Shown: piece after piece, positions 7,824-18,123 of the stretch | Numbering within the stretch: the stretch's first letter is position 1 | How the letters are laid out: every line of letters begins with the position of its first letter | Virus record (IMG/VR): IMGVR_UViG_3300037483_000080 | Location: 1 to 43,844 of that record | Source: a virus | Lineage: Duplodnaviria; Caudoviricetes | Length of the DNA stretch: 43,844 bases | Reading direction: 5' to 3' (one strand) | Made by a program: the position numbers and the translations under genes | The notes under the pieces: model-generated | Told to the model about the DNA's origin: nothing | The model's database searches: none | Seen by the model: only the letters and a program-made list of their open reading frames with translations

Positions 7824-8017
7824 GCGGGGTGAAGGGACACGCAACACCGATCGAGTATTGGCGCTGGGAGTTAGCGGAGCGGTTCGGCTGGCCGCTTGAA
7901 TACGTTGATGGATTGAGCGTTGAAGACATGCATGAGTTCTGGCAGATTGACGACGGTCGAAACCGAGTCATGAGCGAGCAACGTGCAAGGGCGATTGCTA
8001 AATGCCGCAAAAGATAG
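7796..8017 (+). CDS. Frameshifted extension of the tail chaperone (gpGT-like)
   Basis: -1 frame reads LSKRVYYALSGVKGHATPIEYWRWELAERFGWPLEYVD... Confidence 0.75.
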   Translation, partial: LSKRVYYALSGVKGHATPIEYWRWELAERFGWPLEYVDGLSVEDMHEFWQIDDGRNRVMSEQRARAIAKCRKR

Positions 8018-10518
8018 CGAGCCTCTACGCGGAAATTGGCGCGGATACACGCGGGCTTGAAAAGGGCTTGCAGCAAACACGCCAAGGGCTGCAGGGTGCT
8101 GGCAAGGATGCCGACACGCTCGGTGAGAAGGTCGGCAAGTTTGCTACGGGCTTCGGCAAGTTCGCGCTGACCGCTGGCGTCACTGCGCTTGGTGGCGCGT
8201 TGGTTCAGGCCGTCAAGTCGGCGTCAGAACTTGAAACAGAGTTCGCCAAAATTGCCGCTTTGACAGACACGCCACGCGAAGCGATTCAGGGCCTGACTAA
8301 AGACGTGATGGCGATGTCGCGCGAGATGCCGATCAGCGCGAAGGAGTTAGCGAAGGGGCTATACTTCATTTCGTCGTCAGGCTTCCAGGGCGCGCAAGCG
8401 ATGGACATCTTGCGCGCGTCTGCGAAGGCAGCATCGGCTGGGTTGGGCGAGACGAAGACGATCGCGGATGCTGTGACATCTGCGCTCAACGCCTACAAGC
8501 TCGAAGGCGCTGACGCTGCACGCATCACCGACATTTTGACGCAGGCCGTGAAGGAGGGTAAGGGCGAACCTGACGAGTTAGCGGGTTCGCTTGGACGCGT
8601 TCTACCTATCGCGTCAGCCGCCGGCGTGTCAATGGAGCAAGTCGCCGCGAGCATGGCGACAATGACACGCACCGGCCTAACCGCGGACGAAGCAGCAACT
8701 GCGCTGCGTGGAACCATCGGTGCATTGCTTGCGCCGTCGAAGCAGGCCAAGGACGCGCTGGGCGCGATTGGGTTGAGCGTTGACGATCTCGCAAAGATGC
8801 TCAGAGAACGCGGCTTGGTGGAAGTGCTGCAAACGCTGATGGAGCGCACGCACGGCAACGTGGAAGCGCTCGACGCGATCATTCCGAATGTGCGCGCGTT
8901 GACGGGCGTGTTGAGCACCGCCGGTAGCCAGGGCGAAGCATACGCAGAGATTCTTGGTAAGATGAAGAACGCGGCGGGCAGCACCGATAAAGCGTTCGCT
9001 GAGATGTCTAATACGTTTGAGTTCAAGTCGAAGAAGGCGCAGAACTCACTCGAAAACTTAGGGATTGCCGTTGGTCAGAAACTACTGCCTCCGCTCGGCG
9101 ACGCCGCAGACGCTGCCGCTGTGTTGATCAACTGGCAGGACAAGGTTGACGAAGCGTTTGCGGGCACAAAGAAAATAATCGAGCGGACAGCGAAGTCATA
9201 TGAAGAATACCGCGATAGCATCCTGGCAACAGCGATCGCGGCTGGCAAGATGAATGAGCAGGAAGCGGAACAGATCAGGACTGGAAAGACGCTGGCCGAA
9301 ACAACGTTCGATCTGTCAACGCTGACACAGGATCAGGCAGAGGCCTTCAACGCTGAGATGATGAAGTCCGCCGCTCTCACGGGAAATTACAAAGACCTCG
9401 CTGAACTAACTGCAATTCTAGCCGATCGCTTCGGGCTGATGTCAGAGGCGCAATTTGCAGCCGCAAAGACGCAAGAGAAACTCAACGATATGGCCGCGTT
9501 TAGCGCCACGGTCCACGCGGCGTCAGCGGAGTCAATCGAGGCGGAAGCGAAGGCGCTTGAGTTCAGCGCGATCGAAACTGAGAAGGACGCGAAAGCAAAG
9601 AAGGAACTTCTCGAAGTCGTAGCCGAGTCGAAGATCGCTTACTCCGATTTTGTGGAGTCCATCACAACTGCAAACGGTGGCGTGAAGTTCGACGCGCTTG
9701 ACGGTGCACAGCAAACGATCGCGCGCCTTGAGCAGACGATGATGGAGAATCCAGAGAACGCCGAGAACTACGCATCGAAGATTCGCGCAATCAAGGAGCA
9801 GTTCGGCTTGATCTCTGGCCCAGCCGAAGCAGCAGCAGCAAGTTTCCGAGTGCTAGAGGAGATGTGGATTACTAGAAACATTTCAACCACTGGCTATGCT
9901 ACCGCGCTTGGCAAGATTCAGCAGGCGGCAAAAGACGGCAAAGTCGAAGTTGATGAACTCGGCCTAAAGACTGGCGAGGCGGCGGCTTACATGACCGCAG
10001 CGACCGGCAATGCAAACACGGCATCTGACGACATCGTGAGGACCGGCAAGAAGACAAAGCAAGACTTGCTTGACGAGATGGGCAACAGCCTCGAAGGGCA
10101 GCAAACTAAACTGAGTGGAACGATCAGCAGCAGTATGATCTCAATCTCGACGGCAGTGTCAACAGCGAAGAGTGTTATCAAAACCGGCGTCGGCGAGATC
10201 AACGGCGCGCTCGACACTATCCCGCGCATTATTGACATTGAAGTCAGGTTACGCACACCGGCCAACTTGCCGGGCGGTGGCGGCGCAGGTGGCGGACTAC
10301 CGAACAGTTATTCACGCGGCGCGAATTTCATTGTGCCGCCTGGGTTCACGGGCGACAACTATCCGCTAGGGTATGCTAAGTCAGGCGAGCATGTAATCAT
10401 CTTAAACGAGCAACAGCAGCAGGCGATCAACAATCAAATGACGATGAACGTGTACGCGCAGAGCGCGCCCAACGTCATCGATGAATTTAACCTAATGCGA
10501 TCAATGGTGGGTGCTTAA
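8002..10518 (+). CDS. Tape measure protein (TP901-type core)
   Basis: IASLYAEIGADT N-terminus; AATALR core motif; 838 aa, helical. Confidence 0.93.
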   Translation: MPQKIASLYAEIGADTRGLEKGLQQTRQGLQGAGKDADTLGEKVGKFATGFGKFALTAGVTALGGALVQAVKSASELETEFAKIAALTDTPREAIQGLTKDVMAMSREMPISAKELAKGLYFISSSGFQGAQAMDILRASAKAASAGLGETKTIADAVTSALNAYKLEGADAARITDILTQAVKEGKGEPDELAGSLGRVLPIASAAGVSMEQVAASMATMTRTGLTADEAATALRGTIGALLAPSKQAKDALGAIGLSVDDLAKMLRERGLVEVLQTLMERTHGNVEALDAIIPNVRALTGVLSTAGSQGEAYAEILGKMKNAAGSTDKAFAEMSNTFEFKSKKAQNSLENLGIAVGQKLLPPLGDAADAAAVLINWQDKVDEAFAGTKKIIERTAKSYEEYRDSILATAIAAGKMNEQEAEQIRTGKTLAETTFDLSTLTQDQAEAFNAEMMKSAALTGNYKDLAELTAILADRFGLMSEAQFAAAKTQEKLNDMAAFSATVHAASAESIEAEAKALEFSAIETEKDAKAKKELLEVVAESKIAYSDFVESITTANGGVKFDALDGAQQTIARLEQTMMENPENAENYASKIRAIKEQFGLISGPAEAAAASFRVLEEMWITRNISTTGYATALGKIQQAAKDGKVEVDELGLKTGEAAAYMTAATGNANTASDDIVRTGKKTKQDLLDEMGNSLEGQQTKLSGTISSSMISISTAVSTAKSVIKTGVGEINGALDTIPRIIDIEVRLRTPANLPGGGGAGGGLPNSYSRGANFIVPPGFTGDNYPLGYAKSGEHVIILNEQQQQAINNQMTMNVYAQSAPNVIDEFNLMRSMVGA

Positions 10519-13004
10519 TGACCGGACAGTGGTCGATCATCGTGCCGGAAGCGCGAACTAACCTAGTAAAAAATCCCAGTGTTGAAACTAACACGACTGG
10601 GCACGCGGCTACCGGCTCTACCATTTCAAGAGATTCAGCCTACGCGCGCGCCGGAGTTTTTTCATTGAAGATCGTCACGGACGATGCAGGTGCGTCTGAG
10701 GGTACGGTCTACAATGGTGGTGGCGGCACTGGCGCTATGCCGGTTACGATCGGGACTTCGTACACCGCATCTGTTTTCTTGCGCGGTGACGGGACCGTGT
10801 ACCTGGGCATATATTGGTACACCACCAGCGGATCGGTTTTTGTCAGCACGTCGTTTTCGAGCGTGTTGACATTAGCGGACAGTGGCTGGACCAGGTACAC
10901 TATTACCGCTACAGCGCCTGCCACATCAGACTATGCCCAAATCCGCGTCATCACATCGGCTCAACAGTCTGCCAGATTCTGGTGTGACGGCTTCCAGTTC
11001 GAGGCCGGGGCGTATGCCACTACCTACATTGACGGCGATCGGCATGGTTGCTACTGGACAGGGCTGTACCACGCCAGCACATCAGCGCGACACGCAAATT
11101 ACAGATTAGGTGGTCGCGTTGTAGACATCGAAGATACCTACGGCATTCGCGTGCTGAACTCATCAGGGGCCGGAGCTCCGACGGTAGACGTGATGACACA
11201 GGCGCTTGCCTTGCAGCCTGGGAGCACGTACATCAACGACGTTTACCGTGAGCGCACGCTAAACCTCGTGCTCGCGCCGTACAGCGCAACGCTGCCCGGC
11301 TTACATCTTCTGCGTAAGAATCTATGGAACCTGATCAAGCCTGAAGCATACGGAGAAAATGATCCGTTTCTATTGGCCTACACCGGAAACACGCGCAAGG
11401 TATACGGCGCATTCCGCTATGACGGCGGCTGGGACTTCGGGCAGTTGTCGGGAGGCGCGTACAAAGTGGAGCAGCAAGCCAAGGTTTCGTTGCGCCTAGT
11501 GGCATGTGATCCGTACTGGTACGAGGACGATCAGCAACAAGAGACGCTCGAATTCACGGATTCGCTTGCGTCTAACAATTATGCTGCGGCGCGTATCAAC
11601 GGCAACTGGCAGAATCTTGGGACCGGGTTTAACGGCCAGGTAAATTGCATAGTCCCAGACACAAACACGGGCAGAGTATATTTTGGTGGAGCGTTCACAA
11701 CCGCAAACGGCGTAACCGTCAACGGCGTGTGCTATTGGAACGGAGAAACGTTTGTGGCAATGACGGGCGCTGGCGGAACAGGTGTAAGCGGAGGCGCGGT
11801 CAACGCGCTCGCCGTTGCGCCAAACAATGATGTGTGGATCGGTGGAGCATTTACATCTTGCGACGGCGCTACTGCAGATGGCCTGGCCCGCTGGAATTAT
11901 GCAGCATCAACTTACACTAAGTTTACAAACGGCGCGCCAGGAGATATATTCAACGCGATCGCCATAGATAAAAACGGGATCGTTTATCTCGGCGGATTAT
12001 TTGCTAACTGGGACGCGAACGCAAATTCAGACAATATTGTTTCGTACAATGGAACCGCGTTCGCCCCGTTAAGCACAGGTACTAATGGTCAAATATACAG
12101 CCTTGCTACAGGAATAGATGGATCGACGCTGTACGTGGGGGGTGCTTTTTCATCACCGCAAACGCGCGTCATGTCGTGGAACGGATCGGCGTTTTCTGCA
12201 ATGGGCGGCGGCGCAAGTAGCATTGTCAGATCAATTCTTGCCGCAATCAATGGCGATGTATACATCTGCGGCGACTTTGCGACAACTCCTACAACGTCGT
12301 ATATCGCGCGCTGGAGCGGATCATCTTGGTACTCGCTCGGTTCTGGCTTAAGTCTTTCTGGGTATAAACTATTCCCAGACCAGGACGGGCGCGTAGTTGT
12401 CGTAGGCCCATTTTCGACTGCTGGCGGAATAACAGCGTATGGTATTGCGGCGTGGAATTTATCTGTATGGTCAGGCATTGATTTGACGCCGCCCGGAGCC
12501 GCAGAGGTTATCTGCGGGGCGTCTGCCGGGGAGTCTATGTATCTTGGCTTTGATACAGCCGGCACCGCAACTTCAAGCGGCCTTGCAACTTTAATAAACA
12601 ACAGCACATCAGACGTGTACCCGATCATCACTATTACCGGGCCGACTACCGGGTCTGCAACATTGCAGTGGCTTGAGAACCAGACAACTGGTGATCTGCT
12701 GTACCTCAACCTCGTGATTCTACCGGGAGAGATCGTTACGATTGATCTTAGGCCTGGTGCTAAGTCGGTTAATTCGAGTTGGCGCGGCGCTTCTACCACG
12801 TCCAATCGAGGAACCGTATACTTTACGAGCGGCGCGCGGGGGCAAATTTATGATGCAGTGCTTCCGGGTAGCGACTTCTCGAACTGGCATATCGCGCCAG
12901 GCTCAAACACGATCGCGGCTTTCGTCAGTGGCACGACTACCGGCGTCGTCATGGTCGCATCGTGGCAGACGCAGCACAACACCGTGGACGGAGCCAGCGC
13001 ATGA
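10518..13004 (+). CDS. Enlarged distal tail (Dit-like) protein with carbohydrate-binding module and beta-propeller insert
   Basis: NLVKNPSVE...DGFQFEAGAYATTYIDG module; LVACDPYWY and YPIITITGP Dit motifs; repeated (L/V)Y.GG.F...W.G blades. Confidence 0.75.
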   Translation: MTGQWSIIVPEARTNLVKNPSVETNTTGHAATGSTISRDSAYARAGVFSLKIVTDDAGASEGTVYNGGGGTGAMPVTIGTSYTASVFLRGDGTVYLGIYWYTTSGSVFVSTSFSSVLTLADSGWTRYTITATAPATSDYAQIRVITSAQQSARFWCDGFQFEAGAYATTYIDGDRHGCYWTGLYHASTSARHANYRLGGRVVDIEDTYGIRVLNSSGAGAPTVDVMTQALALQPGSTYINDVYRERTLNLVLAPYSATLPGLHLLRKNLWNLIKPEAYGENDPFLLAYTGNTRKVYGAFRYDGGWDFGQLSGGAYKVEQQAKVSLRLVACDPYWYEDDQQQETLEFTDSLASNNYAAARINGNWQNLGTGFNGQVNCIVPDTNTGRVYFGGAFTTANGVTVNGVCYWNGETFVAMTGAGGTGVSGGAVNALAVAPNNDVWIGGAFTSCDGATADGLARWNYAASTYTKFTNGAPGDIFNAIAIDKNGIVYLGGLFANWDANANSDNIVSYNGTAFAPLSTGTNGQIYSLATGIDGSTLYVGGAFSSPQTRVMSWNGSAFSAMGGGASSIVRSILAAINGDVYICGDFATTPTTSYIARWSGSSWYSLGSGLSLSGYKLFPDQDGRVVVVGPFSTAGGITAYGIAAWNLSVWSGIDLTPPGAAEVICGASAGESMYLGFDTAGTATSSGLATLINNSTSDVYPIITITGPTTGSATLQWLENQTTGDLLYLNLVILPGEIVTIDLRPGAKSVNSSWRGASTTSNRGTVYFTSGARGQIYDAVLPGSDFSNWHIAPGSNTIAAFVSGTTTGVVMVASWQTQHNTVDGASA

Positions 13005-14152
13005 TCAACGACGCGCGGAACGTAAAGGCCGAATACGAGTTGTGGTTGCTCACGGATGCCGGTGTGCGGATTGCGTCGCTCGACATGGTGCAGTCGTTCA
13101 CGTACACGAAGGCCGTCAACAGTTCTGGCGGTTTCAGCCTGACGCTGCCGCACACGTTCGATAAGTCGCTGCTTGAAAAAGATCGCCGCATCGTGATCTA
13201 CCGCAAGCCCAATGGCGGCGCGATGTCACGCGACTTCACCGGCATCATTGAGACGATCAACAAAGCCGGGCGTGTGCCTTCCTATACCGTGACGGGCTGC
13301 TCGTTAAATGGCCTGCTCGAACGGCGCTGTGTGTTGTACTACGCTAAGAGCACAAAGGCGCTGTATTCAGGGCGAGAGGCTGACGACGCAATGAAGCAGA
13401 TCGTCAGGGAGAACATGGGATCGTCTGCGACGACTGGAAACGGGCGCAAGGTCACGAACTCGATCTCGTCTACCTATTTCAGTGTGCAGGCTGACACGTC
13501 GCTTGGGCCGCAGATCGATAAATCGTTCGCGTTCTTGCGCGTGGCTGACGTGCTACGTGATATTTCTGAGATGTCGCGCCAGGACACGCCTGAGATTTTC
13601 TTTGAGATGGTAGCGACATCTGAATCAGCGTTTGAGTTTCAGACGTTTAAGACGATGCGCGGCGCAGACCGGCGCTATTCCAGCGGTCTTAGCCCGATCG
13701 TGTTCGGCGTTGAGTACGGCAACCTTGACGATCCTGTGCTGTCTGAGTCATGGGCGGATGAAATCAACTACGCCGTCGCTGGCGGTCAGGGAGAGGAAAC
13801 GAAACGCGCGCTTGGCACCGCGGAGGACACCGCTAGATCAGGCGCGTCGATCTTCGGTAAGACCGAGGGCTTTATCAACGCGACTAATATTTCAGGTAGT
13901 GACGCAGCAGCAATTGTTGCGCTCAACGATCGCGCTAAGGAGCTGGTAAACAAGAACAGACCCAAGCGCCACTTCACGGCGCGCATTATCAACACAGCGG
14001 GCTGCGCATACGGCAAGCACTGGGGCTACGGCGACTACATCACAGCCTCATACTACGGCGAGCAGTTCAACGCCATGATCAAGGCAGTTACGGTGACGCC
14101 GACGCCGCAGGGCGGAGAGAAGATCGACGCCAGGATCGAGGCCTACACGTGA
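13001..14152 (+). CDS. Baseplate hub/Tal-like tail protein (siphovirus Gp37-like)
   Basis: Follows Dit; YGNL, VAGGQGE and YGKHWGYGDYIT motifs. Confidence 0.72.
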   Translation: MINDARNVKAEYELWLLTDAGVRIASLDMVQSFTYTKAVNSSGGFSLTLPHTFDKSLLEKDRRIVIYRKPNGGAMSRDFTGIIETINKAGRVPSYTVTGCSLNGLLERRCVLYYAKSTKALYSGREADDAMKQIVRENMGSSATTGNGRKVTNSISSTYFSVQADTSLGPQIDKSFAFLRVADVLRDISEMSRQDTPEIFFEMVATSESAFEFQTFKTMRGADRRYSSGLSPIVFGVEYGNLDDPVLSESWADEINYAVAGGQGEETKRALGTAEDTARSGASIFGKTEGFINATNISGSDAAAIVALNDRAKELVNKNRPKRHFTARIINTAGCAYGKHWGYGDYITASYYGEQFNAMIKAVTVTPTPQGGEKIDARIEAYT

Positions 14153-14415
14153 ACCACGTCGAGATGACGCTGAGCCACGAGAAACGTCTCGCGTTTCTCG
14201 AGGCGCTTGAGCATCCCGTATTTACTGCACTTGGCGCGAAGACGGTCAACATCGCGCAAGTGACAGTAGCGCATGGGCTAGGATACACGCCAACGATGAT
14301 CAGTGTGCTGATGAATAGCGCGGGTACGGTGTGGCGTAGCGCGGCGAGTGATGCAACAAATATCTATCTCAAGGCAGACGCCGACGGGCGCACCTGTGAG
14401 GTTTTTGTAAGGTGA
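14149..14415 (+). CDS. Small tail-associated protein
   Basis: VTVAHGLGYTP motif common in tail-fibre domains; GTGA overlap. Confidence 0.6.
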   Translation: MNHVEMTLSHEKRLAFLEALEHPVFTALGAKTVNIAQVTVAHGLGYTPTMISVLMNSAGTVWRSAASDATNIYLKADADGRTCEVFVR

Positions 14416-14419
14416 TCGC

Positions 14420-14785
14420 ATGACAACCATGATCTATATCGAAGCGCCTGGCACGCGCAACTACATCCACTATCGCGGCGACACGTTCTATGATTCGTTC
14501 GTGTTCGAGGATACTGCGGGGAGCGCCGTTGATCTGACGGGCTGGTCGGCGTCTCTGCAAGGCTGGCCGGCAGGTGCGCCGAATGGTAGCACAGCCGTGA
14601 TCGCGCTGACATCTGGCACGCCAGCATACGTCACGCTTGGCGGCACCGCTGGCAGCGTGACTATCAAGGCAGCCGGGACCGTAGCTGACGACTGGCCGGT
14701 TGACACGTATGATTACCAGTTCAAGTTCACAGACGCGGCTGGCGACATTCAAACCTATCTCGTCGGCACGATCGATCAACGCTAG
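14420..14785 (+). CDS. Baseplate adaptor (BppU N-terminal-like)
   Basis: RGDTF, VDLTG, YDYQ...TYLVGTI pattern. Confidence 0.65.
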   Translation: MTTMIYIEAPGTRNYIHYRGDTFYDSFVFEDTAGSAVDLTGWSASLQGWPAGAPNGSTAVIALTSGTPAYVTLGGTAGSVTIKAAGTVADDWPVDTYDYQFKFTDAAGDIQTYLVGTIDQR

Positions 14786-14793
14786 GACATACC

Positions 14794-16185
14794 ATGAGCA
14801 ACGAGGTAACGCTAAACTTCACTGACACCACGGTTACACTCAAGAGCATCGGCGGCTCCTCCGCTGCCGATGTGACCTCCGCCTTCGCGGCGCACAACGC
14901 TGACGAGGGCGCGCACGCAAATATCACTTCGTTTGTCAGCATAGAGGCGTACGGCGCAAGCACTGCGCTGGCCGATAACGCCTCTGCGATTCAGGCGGCG
15001 CTAGATGCCGCTGGAGGCGTTTTTGTGCCAGAGGGTACGTACACTTTTTTATCGACGATCACCCTAAACGATCGGCAATCGATCATCGGGAGCGGACGAA
15101 ATAGCGCACTAAAATTCATGCCTACAATTCCAGGTGACGTTGGAATTTACGCTACGGATAAGACTAACATTATCCTACAAGACTTCACGATCAAGGGCGG
15201 AAATCTAAACAGCGCTATAGCCTTACAACTGTCTAATGTGACTGATTCAGTTGTTTCAATTGCAATAGACGGAGCGTGGATCAACGGAGGGAACCCGGCT
15301 TACTCGTTCAGCGACTGCGCGATCAATGTCACAAGCGTAGCACCTAGTAATTCATTCGACGTATCTATAGAAAATATCTACATCAACGCGATCATTGGGG
15401 ATGGGCTTCAGATCACTGGCAATTCTGGCAATATCGTATCCGTGCGCGGGGGAGTAATTGGAGGATTAGACGGATGGTGCATTGATTGCGATCAGGGAAC
15501 CGAGGAGCCAATTATCACCCTTGAATCCGTTGTGGTCCAAGGCGGATACCTTGGACTATTGAGGGCGCGGATGCTTGCCTCGTCAGCAATAAGGAATTGC
15601 CATTTTGAGGCAACTCCCGGAAACACAACGCCACCTATTCAGCTAATAGGGGCTGGAACAACATCGGCGATGATTATCGATGGTAATAATATAAGTCAGG
15701 CTGCTGCGGATTACGCGATTGATTTTGCTTTTACCGCAGGAGCGTCCGCAATAAGAATTAAAAATAACCGCTTTACTGGAACGAGTGGTAAAAAGGCCGT
15801 TCACTTCGGGTACACAGGGGCAGGTATTGAATTTGGTCCAAACTACTACAACGGATATGGCTCTACAAACCCGGAAACGCTATGCGATCTTGGAACGTAC
15901 TACGTTAACGATGCGTTACTAATTGACAGCGGAACTGGCGGCGGAAGAATTGTGTATCTTAACGGAATATCTAACGATCCACCAGCAACAATAATTGACG
16001 TGCGTGGTAAAATAAAAGCATTTTCACACGGTGGAGCAACTTATACAGCGGCACCGTCAGCAGGTGATTGGTCGAGAGGTGATATGGTGTTAAACTCTAA
16101 CGCCACCAGCGGACAACCCATGGGGTGGATGTGTACTGTAGCCGGCACACCTGGAACATGGGTTGCTATGGCTAATCTCGCTTAG
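14794..16185 (+). CDS. Tail spike / receptor-binding protein, pectate-lyase-like beta-helix
   Basis: SIEAYGA...DNASAIQAALD...VFVPEGTY; C-terminal GWMCTVAGTPGTW; more AT-rich than flanks. Confidence 0.85.
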   Translation: MSNEVTLNFTDTTVTLKSIGGSSAADVTSAFAAHNADEGAHANITSFVSIEAYGASTALADNASAIQAALDAAGGVFVPEGTYTFLSTITLNDRQSIIGSGRNSALKFMPTIPGDVGIYATDKTNIILQDFTIKGGNLNSAIALQLSNVTDSVVSIAIDGAWINGGNPAYSFSDCAINVTSVAPSNSFDVSIENIYINAIIGDGLQITGNSGNIVSVRGGVIGGLDGWCIDCDQGTEEPIITLESVVVQGGYLGLLRARMLASSAIRNCHFEATPGNTTPPIQLIGAGTTSAMIIDGNNISQAAADYAIDFAFTAGASAIRIKNNRFTGTSGKKAVHFGYTGAGIEFGPNYYNGYGSTNPETLCDLGTYYVNDALLIDSGTGGGRIVYLNGISNDPPATIIDVRGKIKAFSHGGATYTAAPSAGDWSRGDMVLNSNATSGQPMGWMCTVAGTPGTWVAMANLA

Positions 16186-16187
16186 AC

Positions 16188-16433
16188 CTACTCCCTGATC
16201 GCGCCGACGCGCAACGCGATGTACACCGCCTGAGCCGTCGTGCGCGCGCCCAGCCGCTCGCGGATGCTCTGTAGGTGATGTACTACGGTATGGCGCTGGA
16301 CGCCGAACTCATTGGCGATCTGGCCGTAGTCCAGGCCCTCCGCCACGCATTGCAGTATAGCCGACTGGTGAGGCGTTAGCGTTAGGCTGAACGAGCAGTA
16401 TGCGCCGGGGCGGGCTGAGGGTGTGCCGGTCAA
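16188..16433 (-). CDS. LuxR-family HTH regulator
   Basis: LTPHQSAILQCVAEGLDYGQIA...TVVHHLQSIRERLGARTTAQAV; start uncertain. Confidence 0.85.
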   Translation of the reverse strand: MTGTPSARPGAYCSFSLTLTPHQSAILQCVAEGLDYGQIANEFGVQRHTVVHHLQSIRERLGARTTAQAVYIALRVGAIRE

Positions 16434-16443
16434 TGGTTACCGC

Positions 16444-16500
16444 ATTTTTCCGGCATTTTTCCGCTCATTTATTCATGCATCTTTCCGGTGTATTTTTCCG
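16444..16500. repeat. Four copies of AT(T/C)TTTCCG
   Basis: Copies start at 16444, 16455, 16479, 16492; bracketed by inverted GGTTACCG/CGGTAACC. Confidence 0.7.
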
Positions 16501-16525
16501 GGTAATTGTAATCGTCGGTAACCCG

Positions 16526-17515
16526 CTACGGGGTGGGGGAGTCGGATTGCAGCGCGTCGATTACCGGGTCCAGTACAACGCGATCGTGAAGCGTCTTTAG
16601 GCTACCAATTTCTCCTGGTGCATAAGTGCCACCGCCGTTTGCTGGATTGCCCTGCTGCGTCACGATGTCGTAGCCGTGGTTTTTCCCCCACGTAATAGCG
16701 CTGTCCCACATGCGCCCGCTCAGTCCTGGTATGTCGTTCTTGCCAGCGATTCTGTTTTGATTCCATCCGAACTTCCGGCCACTGAATTTTAGTATGTCGA
16801 TCAGGCGCGTCCTGTCGTCTGCGCTTGAGAAGTTTAGCCCGGTCACGATACTGACGGGCGGATCGGTTTCAGACTGCTGCTTGACATCTGGTACTTCTTC
16901 TTTCTCGTACACAACCACTGGAGTTATTCGACCGATCAACTTCCACATTGCGATCACGAAAAGCGCGAATAGGACAATCACCGCAATTGTTGGAAACCAA
17001 GCCCAAATGCTGTCAATCGATTTTCGCGTTTCTCCGCTATCAGCCTCGTTTATCATAGCGTGTGCCGCAGCCTGACGAGTCGCCTGTATAGCAGCAACAC
17101 TAGCCGCGTACTGTTCGCGGTCCACCGCAACCGTCATGCTGATCGCCTGCGCCGTGGCCTGCAACGACACAGCCGTCAACGTCGCGTACTCCTTGCTAAC
17201 AGTGATGTCGTTCGCCGTCTGCGTGGCGGCCAATGCCTGCAACGTCGCAACCTCGCGCGCCTTCACCGCCTGCTCTTGCGCGGCTTGTGCATACACCCGT
17301 GCAGCCTCCTGCTCTTGCGCGGCTGCATCGCCAGCGCTAATCGCCGACAGCGCGCCGCCGGCCTGCCGCGTGGCCTCGGCTGGCGCGTAGATCGCAGTGC
17401 GCTGCACCGGCGGCAGAGCAAGCGGTGACGCAGACGAGCCGAACTTGACGCCGCCGTTTGCCGCGACGAATGCTAGGATGACGAGGGCTAGGACGAGGCC
17501 GCCGAAGTTTTTCAT
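16526..17515 (-). CDS. Membrane protein: signal/TM, Ala/Thr/Gln-rich stalk, second TM, cytoplasmic domain
   Basis: Two hydrophobic segments; ATQTA/QATAQA-type stalk. Confidence 0.7.
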   Translation of the reverse strand: MKNFGGLVLALVILAFVAANGGVKFGSSASPLALPPVQRTAIYAPAEATRQAGGALSAISAGDAAAQEQEAARVYAQAAQEQAVKAREVATLQALAATQTANDITVSKEYATLTAVSLQATAQAISMTVAVDREQYAASVAAIQATRQAAAHAMINEADSGETRKSIDSIWAWFPTIAVIVLFALFVIAMWKLIGRITPVVVYEKEEVPDVKQQSETDPPVSIVTGLNFSSADDRTRLIDILKFSGRKFGWNQNRIAGKNDIPGLSGRMWDSAITWGKNHGYDIVTQQGNPANGGGTYAPGEIGSLKTLHDRVVLDPVIDALQSDSPTP

Positions 17516-17523
17516 AGGCGTTT

Positions 17524-17709
17524 CTACCGTTGCATCTTGGCTATATCTTCCCGTGTGTAATACAACGTGCAAAACCACTCGCCGCAACTTACGCGGAAGT
17601 GCGTAGGCTCTTGGATGCTTCGCCCGCGCAGTGAAACATGCACGGCCTTTTCAGGCGACGGCGCCGTGACTTCTTCGGTGTAGTAGCAACATTTGACCTT
17701 GTAGATCAT
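17524..17709 (-). CDS. Hypothetical protein
   Basis: ATGA-coupled in operon. Confidence 0.55.
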   Translation of the reverse strand: MIYKVKCCYYTEEVTAPSPEKAVHVSLRGRSIQEPTHFRVSCGEWFCTLYYTREDIAKMQR

Positions 17710-17858
17710 GTCGTCACCTTCTTTACTGTGGCTTGATCAATTCGTTTCTTCTTCTCGCCCCACGCGCCGATCGCGTCGCCCAGCGCGACAAACAGCGACG
17801 GTACCGGGGGCTGCTTGGGAACGTAGTACGGCAACTCTTTTTTAGCGTTGTTTTTCAT
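17706..17858 (-). CDS. Hypothetical protein (MKNNAKKELPYY...)
   Basis: Fills the operon gap; stop overlaps the next start. Confidence 0.5.
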   Translation of the reverse strand: MKNNAKKELPYYVPKQPPVPSLFVALGDAIGAWGEKKKRIDQATVKKVTT

Positions 17859-17871
17859 GAATTGATTTTTA

Positions 17872-18123
17872 TTAGTCAGCTGCGCGCAATGTCGTGTTGT
17901 TGCATTCGTGCCTCGACTCCCAGCAGTACAGACACATAGTCTCATCGCAGTCTGGGCATAGGAAATATTCATATTCGATTACTTCCATCTTGCAGCGCGG
18001 ACATTCTATACGGTAGCCATCCTCTCTATTCACATCGAGATGACCGCGTAGCGTTAATAGCAACCTGTCAACAGTACATCTCTTGACAACGCTCAACAAC
18101 TTTGACAATACGTTGTTTTTCAT
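17872..18123 (-). CDS. Cys-rich Zn-finger protein
   Basis: CPRC, CPDC, CLYC...HEC. Confidence 0.6.
   Translation of the reverse strand: MKNNVLSKLLSVVKRCTVDRLLLTLRGHLDVNREDGYRIECPRCKMEVIEYEYFLCPDCDETMCLYCWESRHECNNTTLRAAD

Noticed and set aside
14794-16185. Diversity-generating retroelement or invertible tail-fibre system
   Set aside because: No reverse transcriptase, TR/VR pair or invertase seen anywhere in the genome
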